Part shown: in pieces, positions 10,915-24,100 of the stretch
How positions within the stretch are numbered: the stretch's first letter is position 1
Layout of the letters: every line of letters begins with the position of its first letter
The notes under the pieces: generated by a model
Seen by the model: only the letters and a program-made list of their open reading frames with translations
Databases searched by the model: none
Told to the model about the DNA's origin: nothing
NCBI RefSeq assembly: GCF_002113885.1
Contig: NW_018406397.1
Coordinates: 2,795,716 to 2,859,715, forward strand
Length of the DNA stretch: 64,000 nucleotides
Source: Mizuhopecten yessoensis
Lineage: Eukaryota
Reading direction: 5' to 3'
Position numbers and translations under genes: made by a program

Positions 10915-12490
10915 AGTTAAATATTATATGCTACAATGTACTTAACACAATATACCTGGGATCTATGTTAGAGTTAAGGTTATATGCTACCTAACACATT
11001 ATCCCTGGGATCTATGTTAGAGTTAAGGTTATATGCTAACTAACACATTATTCCTGGGATCTATGTAAGAGTTAAGGTTATATTCTACCTAACACATTAT
11101 TCCTGGGATCTATGTAAGAGTTAAGGTTATATGCTACCTAACATATTATACATGGGATCAGTGTTAGATTTAAAGTTATATGCTACCTTACACATTATAC
11201 CTGGGATCAGTGTTAGAGTAAAGGTTATATGCTACCTAACACATTATTCCTGGGATCAGTGTTAGAGTTAAGGTTATATGCTACCTAACACATTATACCT
11301 GGGATCTATGTTAGAGTTAAGGTTATATGCTACGTAACATATTATAAATGGGATCAATGTTAGAGTTATAAAGTTATTTGCTACCTAACACATTATACCT
11401 GGGATCAGTGTTAGAGTTAAGGTTATATGCTACCTAACACATTATACCTGGGATCTATGTAAGAGTTGAGGTTATATGCTACCTAACACATTATACCTGG
11501 GAGCTATGTAAGAGTTAAGGTTATATGCTACCTAACACATTATCCCTGGGATCTATGTTAGAGTTAAGGTTATATGCTACGTAACATATTATACATGGGA
11601 TCAATGTTAGAGTTAAAGTTATATGCTACCTAACACATTATACCTGGGATCTATGTTAAGGTGATATGCTACCTAACACATTATACCTGGGATCTATGTA
11701 AGAGTTAAGGTTATATGCTACCTAACACATTATCCCTGGGATCTATGTTAAGGTGATATGCTACCTAACACATTATACCTGGGATCTATGTTAGAGTTAA
11801 GGTTATATGCTACGTAACATATTATACATGGGATCAATGGTAGAGTTAAAGTTATTTGCTACCTTACACATTATACCTGGGATCTATGTTAGAGTTAAGG
11901 TTATATGCTACCTAACATATTATACATGGGATCAGTGTTAGAGTTAAGGTTATATGCTACCTAACACATTGTACCTGGGATCTATGTTAGAGTTAAGGGT
12001 ATATGCTACCTAACACATTATACAGGGGATCTATGTTATAGTTAGGGTTATATGCTACCTAACACATTATTCCTGGGATCTGTGTTATAGTTAAGGTTAT
12101 ATGCTACCTAACACATTATACCTGTTTTTTGTGTTAGAGTTAAGGTTACATGCTATCTAACGCATTATACTTGTGATTTATATGTTAGAGTTAAGGTTAT
12201 ATGCTACCCAGCACATTAAACCTCGGATCTATGTTAGAGTTAAGGTTATGTGCTATCTAATGCATTATACCTGTGATTTATGTTAGAGTTAAGGTTATAT
12301 GCTATCTAACATATTAAACCTGTGATCTTTGTTAAAGTTAAGGTTGTATGCTTCCATATTCATGATACTTAGGATTCATGCTAGAGTTAAGGTTACATGT
12401 TACCTTAATTTGAATTGCTGTTCAAGATGCTACCTTACCCATTAAACCAGATATTTCCACTTGAGTTAAGGGCATATGCTACCTTACATA
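10915..12490. repeat. Tandem satellite, 49-bp unit, about 30 copies
   Basis: Unit GGGATCTATGTTAGAGTTAAGGTTATATGCTACCTAACACATTATACCT (GGG at 10958, 11007, ...); degenerates towards the right end. Confidence 0.95.
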
Positions 12491-13090
12491 TTTTACATAT
12501 GATTTCTGTTTGGGTTATTTCCCTTATACTGTTTTCTTATAATTTGGTTTTATATTTAAGTATTACCTATATATGCATGAATTCTAGTGTACCTTTTATA
12601 TGTGTTTTCTTTGAAATCATCAATTCCAGATTTCGTTCATAATTTATACTTTTAAAGGTTGAGCCACTGTGAAACTCTTTTGAAATATACATAACGTAAA
12701 CTTTGTGGTAACATATATCCTTAAACTAATAAATCATTTGATGCTGGATGTTTTGTAGTTTTCTTTATTAGGGTAAAGATTAAACTTACGTAATCATCGA
12801 TCTAGTCCCTTGAATCAGCCACTCTTTGGCTCTGTAAGACTACTGTGTGGTAATTAATGTAGAATATCAGACACACTCACTTACCATTAAAGATTATACA
12901 AGCCTCAAAATGAAAAAAATGAAAAATAATCTCCTTTTATGACTAATAGAATGAAAAAAGTTCATGTGGTTGAGAATCAAAATAACCACCAACAATTCTA
13001 TAATTTGGCATTTTGTTCAAGGAACGTGACACTTATCTTACTGGAATAAATTGATTGATTCAATCATTGCTTTCACATTAAAATGACCTT

Positions 13091-13329
13091 GGCCTGTATT
13101 CATGAAACCATGTTCATGGTCAAACTCAGATTCTGTACTCCAACCCATGCTCCTGTGATAAATAAATAAATAAAATCACATGTTGTCAATAATATGGAGG
13201 AAATTTGATGATACTTCAAGCCTGAAACCGTTTTCAATGTTTACACTCTACTTTTTGATGGTGATTTCTATTTTAAGGGAGTTATAAGTAGTTAGCTTGA
13301 GCATGACAATGGTTTCATGAATACTGGCC
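13091..13329. mobile_element. PIF/Harbinger-like MITE
   Basis: TIRs GGCCTGTATTCATGAAACCA / TGGTTTCATGAATACTGGCC; same family at 57019 and 62079. Confidence 0.75.
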
Positions 13330-16300
13330 ATAATCCACCCCTTGCCAGAACCTTGGCAATATTCTACTGAGAAAAAAGTTTCATAATTAATTCTTTTTTA
13401 AAAATACACCATATAAATACATATTTTTCACATGTTTCCAAAGGAATCTCTATTTTCACCCTCACTTTGAATTTGATTTGGAGTATTTCAACCATACCCA
13501 TTTCTTGGAGCCCCTAATCCCATGGTATTTTTTTCATGAAACATTTGCATTAGATTTTTGCATGGAATATGAGGAGACATTATTGCACATTAAGAGAAAA
13601 TCAAGAATTCTTGGGTATCCAAAATTCCTTGACATCCATCCTTTGCATGAATTTATTAATATATGGAGTGAACATATTTATACTGTATTTTCGCCACTAA
13701 TGGCCAACCATGAACGGAACTATAATACGTTGGACTTTATACTATTACCAAACGTCCACCTTCAGGGCCATTGCTATATACGGACTGTGAGATGTCGATT
13801 TGTGCCACGCCTCTTTGTTGATTCAAAAGACACTTCATGTACATATTGCAAAGCTGGGCCTGGTAAATGGGTCAGAATTCGCCTAGGGAATTCAACCGGC
13901 ATAACGCAATAATTAAAAATTGAAAGATAATAAATATATATGCAATAAATCTTACGAGAAGTCGGATAACGGACAAATAACGGACCAATAATCTTTCGTT
14001 GTTCTTATAGAACAAAAATCATTACACAAAATCACTATTTTGTTTTAAAAAATTATAGTCAAACCTGCTTTAGCGGCCACCTGTTATAAACGATCGCCTG
14101 ATGTTAACGGTCGAAACGACGAAAATCACTATATAAGCGGTCACCAGTCTAACGCGGCCAGCAGCCGACAGCCTTTGGTCTCATTTAGAAATGGACGGTA
14201 GGAACTGTAGACACACAAGACTTTCATCATAATTCGATTAAAAAGAGCGATTCTTGAATTATGTAACGACCAGTAGCGTGATATTTTTTATAAGATATCC
14301 AGTGTTCATTTGACCAAAATGGCAGTCACAAGTATACGGAAATGAGGCCGATGGAATACATTATCTTAAGTGTATTCAAAACACTAGAGGATTGTATATT
14401 TTAACCATGATTACTCAGAATGTTTAACACGCTATCCAATATCTAGATCCTGCAATTAATAATTGTCTCATGAGAATGTAGTGAATATGTATTCTTGTGG
14501 GGGATTAATCAAGTATGATCATCCCCCGTTAGACTGTTATTACTAGCATTGTATAATTGGATTCTAGGGCGCTGGTGTCCTTTTTGTTTACATTTTAAGT
14601 CCCGTCATTTAGCCTTTGAACCCCCACAGATTTAAAGCTACTACCTATATGTATATAGATCATCCACGTGCGTAAATTTAAAATCTGCATATTAAACATT
14701 AGGACTACCTACCTACGGGTTAGAATTACTTAACACAGATTTGTGTTTTTGAAGAAATCCTTATCATATTAAAAACAAAAAAATCCAATCATTCGAAATT
14801 CTTCTGATCTAAATAATTTTCAAGTATAATTTTTTTCTTTGCACACGATCCTTTTTAATAAACAAAACTTTTTCGGTAAGAGGTTAACTATGTTGTGCTG
14901 TCTTTTTCCTGTGAATTTGCTTATAATTTATGTAAACTAGTTTTATAAACAAGTTGGCACAGCTCTCCAAGTCAAGGCCGTCTGGCGAACGTTGCCCTGA
15001 TTGTTTCTTTATATCCGAAGTTGATGTCAGATCATGGCACTAAAACTCCCAAAGTTTGTTTAACGATTGTCTTTAACTACTTACTATCAAACTTATGTAA
15101 TGGACCCCCGTTATGGCGATTACTTAATTAATATTCAATCGAATTAAATACGTCATACCTACTTTTCAATCAGACCACGCTCGGCCTTTTCCGTGGAATG
15201 GCATGCGACGGAAACGTGCGAAGTGATCTGATTGACATTGAAATGCAGTCGTAATGATACGGACATGCGAATGCACATCGTCACGCTTTCGTTCTTCCGC
15301 TATTCTGTAGCATTATGAATTCAAACAGCGGGAAAGAAAGCAGAACAGATAAAAACAAGTCTATCAATTTACAGATGTGTTCACATTGTTCTAGCTTCAC
15401 GTGTTTCTTTAACTCTGTTCATTTTATTGTTCATCTACATTGCGTTCAAGTGTAGATAGTAATGCTTTGTTGTTCATTAACGTTACGTTAAATTAAATTT
15501 TGGGTTTTCTTTCTCTGGTCCGTGAAATTCTACTATATATGTTTTGATATTTTTGTCTGATTTGTTTTCGACTTAACCTTTACTTTTCGAGTTTTTTTGA
15601 CGAGTTTGATTTCAAGATCACTTTTTTAACCCGTGGAAATTCATTTGCCTGAATCCACAAGCACTATTTAGACAAAACGTGTACCGAGATACCACAGAGT
15701 CTTGTCCTAGCAAAGAATCGTGCAACTTACAAAACTGATCATTGTGGAGCAAATGTACTTCCGATCTTTTCCAGATATTCTTGAATCTTACTAGTAAACA
15801 GTAGATACAATTTCACTTTTCCGCAGAAATGTGATTCGACCGGGGTAATCTTTGCAAATCGAAATCAACACCTCTTCCGTGTGACGTCGAAAATAATCAA
15901 TGTGAATACCATTTGTGGAATGTAGTGTAATGGAAATAAACGATTTGTTTGATTCTTATTGGCCCATCCACACGGAAATATCTTTTCTTTTAGAGTAAAA
16001 GTCACTTTGTGTGTTCACCTGTGTCCAAATTGTAAAAAAAAATCTGAACAGCTGGACGCGTTTTGAAACGTCAAATGTATGCGCGATATGAAAGAAACGG
16101 TGTGCTTTGTACCTCCACGGTCAAGGTCGGAACAAGGAGGCCAATATGTTACCATGGCAATCCTCGTAACTACTGAATATTAATCGATTACACTTCAGGT
16201 TGACAAGACGGCGAGACACGTCGTATCCACAGGTCTGTATACCTCCAATGTTAGGTCATAACATGGGGTCAAAGGTGAACATATTGTACTCCGGTTCATA

Positions 16301-17394
16301 ACTTCTAACTTACGTACGGTTTTTTAAAAGAACTGAATAATTATGGTGTTCATATAGTACAAACACAGAGCAGTATTACTATAAATAAATAATGTAACAA
16401 TATACCAAAAAACGCCAGAACGCAGAGGTCAAGGTCACACATAGGGATCAAATGTCAAACCATTGCAAGCCTTTGTCCGTACTGTATTTCTTGGCTCATA
16501 CAACTTTGTAGGTATGTATCAGGGCGGATTCAGGATTTCATTACTTTTTTGAAATTCTGGTTTGATACATTGGACTTGTATGTGAGAAACGTTTGACCTC
16601 TAGGTATGATACACTTACAGGTCTGGTATTTTTGACCTCAATGTAAGTACTTTATATCATCATCTAGGTATCGGACATTTAGCATATAACAGTAGTATAC
16701 ACGTTATGCCAGATTTTTCATCTTGAATATAGTTCCATCTAGATTCTGTACAAGCAGTATTGCAGATTTGACCTCTACACTCTGTACGCTCTAATATACA
16801 GTGTACCTGTAAGATAGGTACACCGAATCCAGGGTCATAAGCCAACTATAATAACCAAACACACGGGTTTATATCGCCCAAAACGCAAACATGTTGTTTG
16901 AAGCGATCAGATCCTATGTAAATAGGTTTACCACGCCACCAGAGACGAGAATTAAACATACTTTGTCAATACACCGGTGCTAGAGCGGATGTATAAAGAA
17001 TTAAACTATTGTTACACGGTCACTAATCCTTGTGTATTATAAAACCTTCACAGTTATTGTACACAGAATATGTGTTAATGGTGTACTTTTCGTTTTTATA
17101 TTATATTAGTGTGATTTGTAAGTGCTATTTTTATCAATGAAGTTGACTTTTACTATAATGTCGGATTTTGGACTATATTGTACGTTACTTAGGATTTGTG
17201 AATAGAAGGCTTTTACATTCATGCACTAAGACACTGAATTAAATGTCTCTATCGAACACGAAAATTTACAATGATTACTCTAATCTACGTAGCGATACAA
17301 ACATACACCGCCTCCAGTAAATGTATTCGTGCTTTCTTCAAAACAAATACTCGATGAATATTGTCGATCACATGTGAAATTCGGCCTGGTTTGT

Positions 17395-17563
17395 CAGTGA
17401 GATAGCACTCTAAAGTCGGCATCGTGCTATCACAAGGAGGCAAATACACCAACATACCATGCCCTCTACACACATACACACATGCACACACACACAACAA
17501 ACACGGAGGTACGTCCTTAAATGACAGCTGTTAGGACGTTAAACCCCGTACAACCAACCAACC
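17395..17563 (+). mobile_element. 3' part of a Meta-domain-like SINE
   Basis: AAAGTCGGCATC..CACAAGGAGGCAA..CCTTAAATGACAGCTGTTAGGACGTTAAA plus (CAAC)n tail, shared with copies at 47.9, 48.5 and 60.0 kb. Confidence 0.65.
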
Positions 17564-18686
17564 AGACATACACAATTGAACCAGTAAAAAAACTAGACAC
17601 TCCAATTGATTAAATCTTTTTATTAACGATGACGAACACGATACCCTAATTCAAAAAATAGAGGCTAATGCATTCACCATTCAGCTTGTCTAAATATAAC
17701 ATTGGCGTTATATAAGGCCTTGCGCAAGTTTTGGGTAGCTGTCCAGAGCCACTCCACTTGGGTAACCGATTACAATGGATCTGTCGTGCGTTAACCTTCG
17801 ACACCTATAAATCAACGCATTACTGTTTTAAAATCTCCGACGAGGTGGAGTATGGGTAAATATAAAAAAAAGATTACACAGGTTCACAGTGTCACGTATA
17901 ATTACTCATTTGTTTGTTCGGCATCTGTCAACAACTTAGAGCTAATCTTATTGCGTCTGACCGAATAAAAGAGGGGCTTGTACAGGTGTCACGTGATCGG
18001 TTTCCATTATAATGAAAGTCCTTTTTCAATACTTGAACGTTTGGCTCCGATATATTATAAACAGTTATTATAAGCCTACTGTAAATGTATTATCAACTTG
18101 CTGAGGTGGTCACTGTCCTGTAATAATCCAATAAGGGTCGCTTGTGTCACAACACGTAGTCGAGGTCAAAATCTAATTCGTGGAAAGTTCCTCAAAGATA
18201 GTGTCTTTATAAAACAATGTTCAGCTCAGAGATGCATATATAACTGTAGTTATGATATAGGTCTCTGTTCACACTTTACGAAAGTACAGAATCTCATCAA
18301 ATTGTATATTGGCGTTTCTTTTCAAAGGGACATCATGTGTATAAAGTACATGTGTATAAGTACATTTGTTCTTGTTTCCCAATTAACACAACCAAATGCC
18401 TTTTGTTATTGTACTTGTTAATTGACGTGACTAAAATATGGTTCTTTCCCGAACAATTCAAGTGGGCAAACTGGACATTTGGAACGGACTATGAATATGG
18501 GGATAGCAAGATAACATAAGTGGAAGTCATCAATCTTTATTTCCCCGATATGGAGATAAATTGTAGATAAACATATAATGTAATTGAAGCACATGATTTA
18601 TATATATACACATTTACAATAACAGTAGACACTGAGGAAAACAATTTCCTTGGTCCAGTTCAGTGAATATAAATCTCAGGTGAACA

Positions 18687-18940
18687 TGCACACACGCACG
18701 CACACACACACACACGGATCATCACACACGCGCACATACTTCCTTGCACATACACGCACACACACACACCAACCATCAGACTTACGCACGCACACATCAT
18801 CACACACACGATCACGAACACCTCCTCACACACGCACGCACTCACCCTCACACACGTAAGCACACATACTTTACAAACGCACGCATACATCCTCGCACAC
18901 ACTCGAACGCACCCTTCCTCACACACGCACGCACGCACAT
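18687..18940. repeat. Imperfect (CA)n/(CACG)n microsatellite
   Basis: Seen directly in the sequence. Confidence 0.9.
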
Positions 18941-19165
18941 ATCACAGTTAGCGCTACCACCAATATTCAGCTAGTATTTACACATACTAATTAATCAATA
19001 ATTAGTGATAGGATAATAGCCAAATAGACTTTCTCAGACCATACGATTCCGAATGATCATCATATGTCATCACAGTTCAATATACATGTATGTTATATTA
19101 CTTTATATATTATTGGTAAGAAAACACAATTGTGGTTCAGCAAATAGATGAGTAGCAGTGCCTGT

Positions 19166-20660
19166 TCAGTTATTGCTATAATCGATGTGCATAGCTTCCC
19201 TGATGAAGGCTGCACACTTAAGTCTGAAATCGTCTCTGGTGGGGTGGTCTGGCAAATCTGGGACTAGGGACTCTGCACCAAAAAGTGCACACAGGAAGTC
19301 CTCGTCTTCCGTGTCATTTAGATAACTATAAACCTGTGGTCTATACTCGTTCATAGCATTAGTTAAGAGGCGGTTTATCAGTGGCCTGGTTGAATGACAC
19401 GACACACATATATGGCGGGTCGTGGCTTGGACGTCTATCTGACAACAGGTACATCGTCGGATTTGATGCGAAGTAAGACAGGTCAACCCATTACACAGGA
19501 AGTACACTTGTCTAATGTGCTTCGTACATTTGCAAGCAGCCCACAGAACATAGGGATGGTACGTCGAATGAATTCGTCTAAATCTAATAAAGTCATCATT
19601 GTTGGATAGCCTCGTTTTTAAGGCAATATTTTCAAAACGGCTAATGGCTCTCTTTACGACACGTTTCCACTCACCTTTTTCCTGGAATTTGAACTCTCGC
19701 TGGTACTTATCGAGATAGGATCTTCGGTTGTATTTGTGAAGTATTGCAACTATATCCGGGATGAAACCACGTTGTTGTGTTGTATTTCCGTCTTCCTCGC
19801 CAACAATGTAGCTATATAGACGGACGAAGAACATTCTTTTTATTTTACAATGTATCTACAATCTAGGTGAATCAGTTGTGCTAGGAAGATGAGTTTCCGT
19901 TGGCCTATTCGCTGGATCCCCAATATGCTTTCTGCGATGTCTGACCGTGTCCCTTTCCTTAAGTTTAGGATAAGTTTGGCAACTTAATGCTGGAACGTAT
20001 TTAAATTACGGATGTCAGTCTGGTTGATTTGCGACCAATGTTCGCATCCGAAGAGAATTGATGGAATGACGACTTTCCTGTATAGATTAACTTTCACTAA
20101 AGCATTCATGGAAGTCGAGTTTGCATTCATTCCAAGAACAGCATGGATGACTCTTCTTCCTTTTTCACATGCTTTAGCAACCCGTTCGCCATTGTTCATG
20201 CTATTGGAAACTGGGACGCCGAGATGTAGATATGATAATGCAATTTGAATAGGATTGGTTACTATTGACCAGGAAAACGAAGGTTCCCTTGGAATGAATC
20301 TGCCTATCATGATAATAGAGCATTTGGAACTATTGAATCTATACTGCCATGTCGTGCTGTAGGTTTGACATATATTTAACATATTTTGTAGCGAGGCTGG
20401 TGTTATAGCAATTAAGGCAACATCATCAGAGAGAGAGTAGGATTACCTGCCGGTATAGACACGGTTCTAGTTCCTTGGTTGCTCTTTTCTAGGGTGCAAA
20501 GTAGGCTGTCAAACAGTTGACAACACCCCACCTTGTCGAACTCCGGATTTAACAGTGAACCATTCTGACGTCATACCATCATACGTCACCGCAGTCAACA
20601 CGTCATTATAGGAATTGGATATAGTTCTGTATAGCTGACCCTCAAGCCCAATACAACACA
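19166..20660 (-). mobile_element. 5'-truncated, frameshifted non-LTR retrotransposon (reverse transcriptase and C-terminal region)
   Basis: Reverse-strand fragments SEWFTVKSGVRQGGVLST, SDDVALIA (YADD box region), FNSSKC, YLHLGV, LYRKVVIPSILFGCEHW and a CxxC..H..xC motif, spread over several frames. Confidence 0.88.
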
Positions 20661-21135
20661 TATATAAAACAATATATGGCTCTTCACGTGATGTCCCTTT
20701 AACTAGACGAAGTTTACAACATATCTGTGCTACGACCTCCAAATGGTGTCCGAACCATTGTCAAATCAAATCAACACGATGTTTAGTTGTCTCTTAGGAT
20801 TTCACGCCTAATGAACTCTCACAATAATCAACAACATTTTACGGCTGTTCCTTTTTATAAAGGAAAGGGGTTTTATCGGATGTGATAAAGAGAAGAAGAA
20901 TAATGATACCAAATGTTAACTTATACCGGTTTTAAACACGCGAGGATTTCTTTAACATAAAGAACATCCTAAATAATTACAAATGTAACGAAGTCCAACT
21001 TTCTTTTATTTGTGTCAACAAAACCTACGTACTCGTCAATAAAACGTCTCTTTGGTGTTAAATAGAGAACATATTACGTTTTAATTCTCCTCTTTTGTGT
21101 TCTTGATAATAACATTGTCTACAGCGCAATGAAAA

Positions 21136-24100
21136 TGGGACGTCGTAGGTTTGTGTGTACAGTGGGACGTCGTTAGTCTGGACACTTTGGTTTGTGTATA
21201 CATAAGGACGTCGTTAGACTGGACACTTTGGTTTGTGTATACAGTAGGTCGTCGTTAGACCGGACACTTTGGTTTGTGTATACAGTGGGACGTCGTTAGA
21301 CAGGACAATTTGGTTAATGTATATAGTAGGACGTCGTTAGACTGGACACTTTGGTTTGTGTATACATTAGGACGTCGTTAGACTGGACACTTTGGTTTGT
21401 GTATACAGTGGATCGTCGTTAGACAGGGCACTTTGGTTTCTGTATCCAGTGGGATTTCGTTAGACTGGACACTTTCGTTTATGTATACAGTGGGACGTCG
21501 TTAGACTGGACATTTTGGTTTATGTAAACAGTAGGATGTCTTAAGACTGGACACTTTGGTTTGTGTATACAGTGGGACGTCGTTAGACTGTACACTTCGA
21601 TTTGTGTATACAGTGGGACGTCGTTAGACAGGACACTTTGGTTTGTGTATACAGTGGATCGTCGTTAGACAGGACACTTTGGTTTATGTAAACAGTGGGA
21701 CGTCGTTAGACTGTACACTTCGATTTGTGTATACAGTGGGACGTCGTTAGACTGGACACTTTGGTTTATGTAAACAGTGGGACGTCGTTAGACTGGACAC
21801 TTTCGTTTATGTATACAGTAGGACGTCGTTAGACTGGACACTTTGGTTTATGTAAACAGTAGGATGTCTTAAGACTGGACACTTTGGTTTGTGTATATAT
21901 TGGGACGTCGTTAGTACGGACACTTTGGTTTGTGTATACATTAGGACGTCGTTAGACTGGACACTTTTGTTTGTGTATACAGTGGGACGTCTTTAGACTG
22001 GACACTTTTGTTTGTGTATATAGTGGGACGTCGTTAGACAGGACACTTTGGTTTGTGTATAGGACACTTTGGTTTGTGTATACAATGGGACGTCGTTAGA
22101 CTGGACACTTTGGTTTGTGTATACATTTGGACGGCGTTAGACAGGACACTTTGGTTTGTGTATACCGTGGGACGTCGTTAGACAGGACACTTTGGTTTGT
22201 GGATACAGTGGGACGTCGTTATACTGGACACTTTGGTTTGTGTATACAGGACTGGACACTTTGGTTTGTGTATACAGTAGGTCGTTTGTGTATACAGTGG
22301 GACGTCTTTAGACTGGACACTTTGGTTTGTGTAAACAGTAGGACGTCGTAAGACAAGACACTTTGGTTTGTGTATACATAAGGACGTCGTTAGACTGGAC
22401 ACTTTTGTTTGTGTATACAGTGGGACGTCGTCAGACAGGACACTTTGGTTTGTGTATACCGTGGGACGTCGTTAGACTGGACATTTTGGTTTATGTAAAC
22501 AGAAGGTCGTCGTTAGCCAGGACACTTTGGTTTGTGTATACAGTAGGTCGTTTGTGTATACAGTGGGACGTCTTTAGACTGGACACTTTGGTTTATGTAT
22601 ACAGTGGGATTTCGTTAGACTGTACACTTCGGTTTGTGTATACAGTGTGACGTCGTTAGACTGGGCACTTTGGATTGTGTATACAGTGGGACGTCGTTCG
22701 ACTGGACACTTTGGTTTGTGTATATATTGGGACGTCGTTAGTACGGACACTTTGGTTTGTGTATACATTAGGACGTCGTTAGACTGGACACTTTCGTTTA
22801 TGTATACAGTAGGACGTCGTTCGACTGGACACTTTGGTTTATGTATACAGTGGGATTTCGTTAGACTGTACACTTCGGTTTGTGTATCAGTGGGACGTCG
22901 TTAGACAGGAAACTTTGGTTTGTGTATAAAGTGGGACGTCGTTAGACAGGACACTTTGGTTTATGTAAACAGACGGTCGTCGTTAGACAGGACACTTTGG
23001 TTTGTGGATACAGTGGGACGTCGTTATACTGGACACTTTGGTTTGTGTATACAGTAGGTCGTTTGTGTATACAGTGGGACGTCTTTAGACTGGACACTTT
23101 TGTTTGTGTATACAGTGGTACGTCGTTATACAGTGGGATGTCGTTAGACTGGGACGTCGTTAGACTGGGCACTTTGATTTATGTATACAGTGGGACGTCG
23201 TTGGACTGGACACTTTGGTTTATGTAAACAGAAGGTCGTCGTTAGACAGGACACTTTGGTTTATGTATACAGTGGGATTTCGTTAGACTGTACACTTCGG
23301 TTTGTGTATACAGTGTGACGTCGTTAGACTGGGCACTTTGATTTATGTATACAGTGGGACGTCGTTATACTGGACACTTTGTTTTGTGTAAACAGTAGGA
23401 CGTCGTAAGACAAGGCACTTTGGTTTGTGTATACAGTAGGACGTCGTTAGACTGAACACTTTTGTTTGTGTATACAGTGGGACGTCGTTCGACTGGACAC
23501 TTTGGTTTGTGTATACATTGGGACATCGTTAGACTGGACACTTTGGTTTGTGTATACATTGGGACGTCGTTAGTACGGACACTTTGGTTTATGTATACAG
23601 TGGGATGTCGTTAGACTGTACACTTCGGTTTGTGTATACAGTGGGACGTCGTTAGACTGGGCACTTTGGTTTGTGTATACAGTGAGACGTCGTTAGACTG
23701 GGCACTTTGGTTTGTGTATATAGTGGGACGTCTTTAGACTGGACACTTTGGTTTGTGTATACAGTGGGATGTCGTAAGACAGGACATTTTTGTTTGTGTA
23801 TACAGTGGGACGTCGTCAGACAGGACACTTTGGTTTGTGTATACAGTGGGACGTCGTTAGACTGGACACTTTGGTTTGTGTATAGAGTGGGATGTCGTAA
23901 GACTGGCCACTTTGGTTTGTGTATACAGTAGGATGTTGTTAGACTGGACACTTTCGTTTATGTATACAGTGGGACGTCGTTAGACTGGTCACTTTGGTTT
24001 GTGTATAGAGTGGGATGTCGTAAGGCTGGCCACTTTGGTTTGTGTATACAGTGGGACGTCGTTAGACTGGACACTTTTGTTTGTGTATATAGTGGGACGA

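Noticed and set aside
13478-13912. 144-aa ORF
   Set aside because: TTG start, intron-like composition, no recognisable motif or splice support.
15640-15880. Possible decayed transposon protein on the minus strand (CxxC-containing frame)
   Set aside because: Too short and interrupted to assign without a profile search.
18650-18974. His/Thr-rich and Cys/Val-rich ORFs
   Set aside because: Translations of a CA microsatellite.
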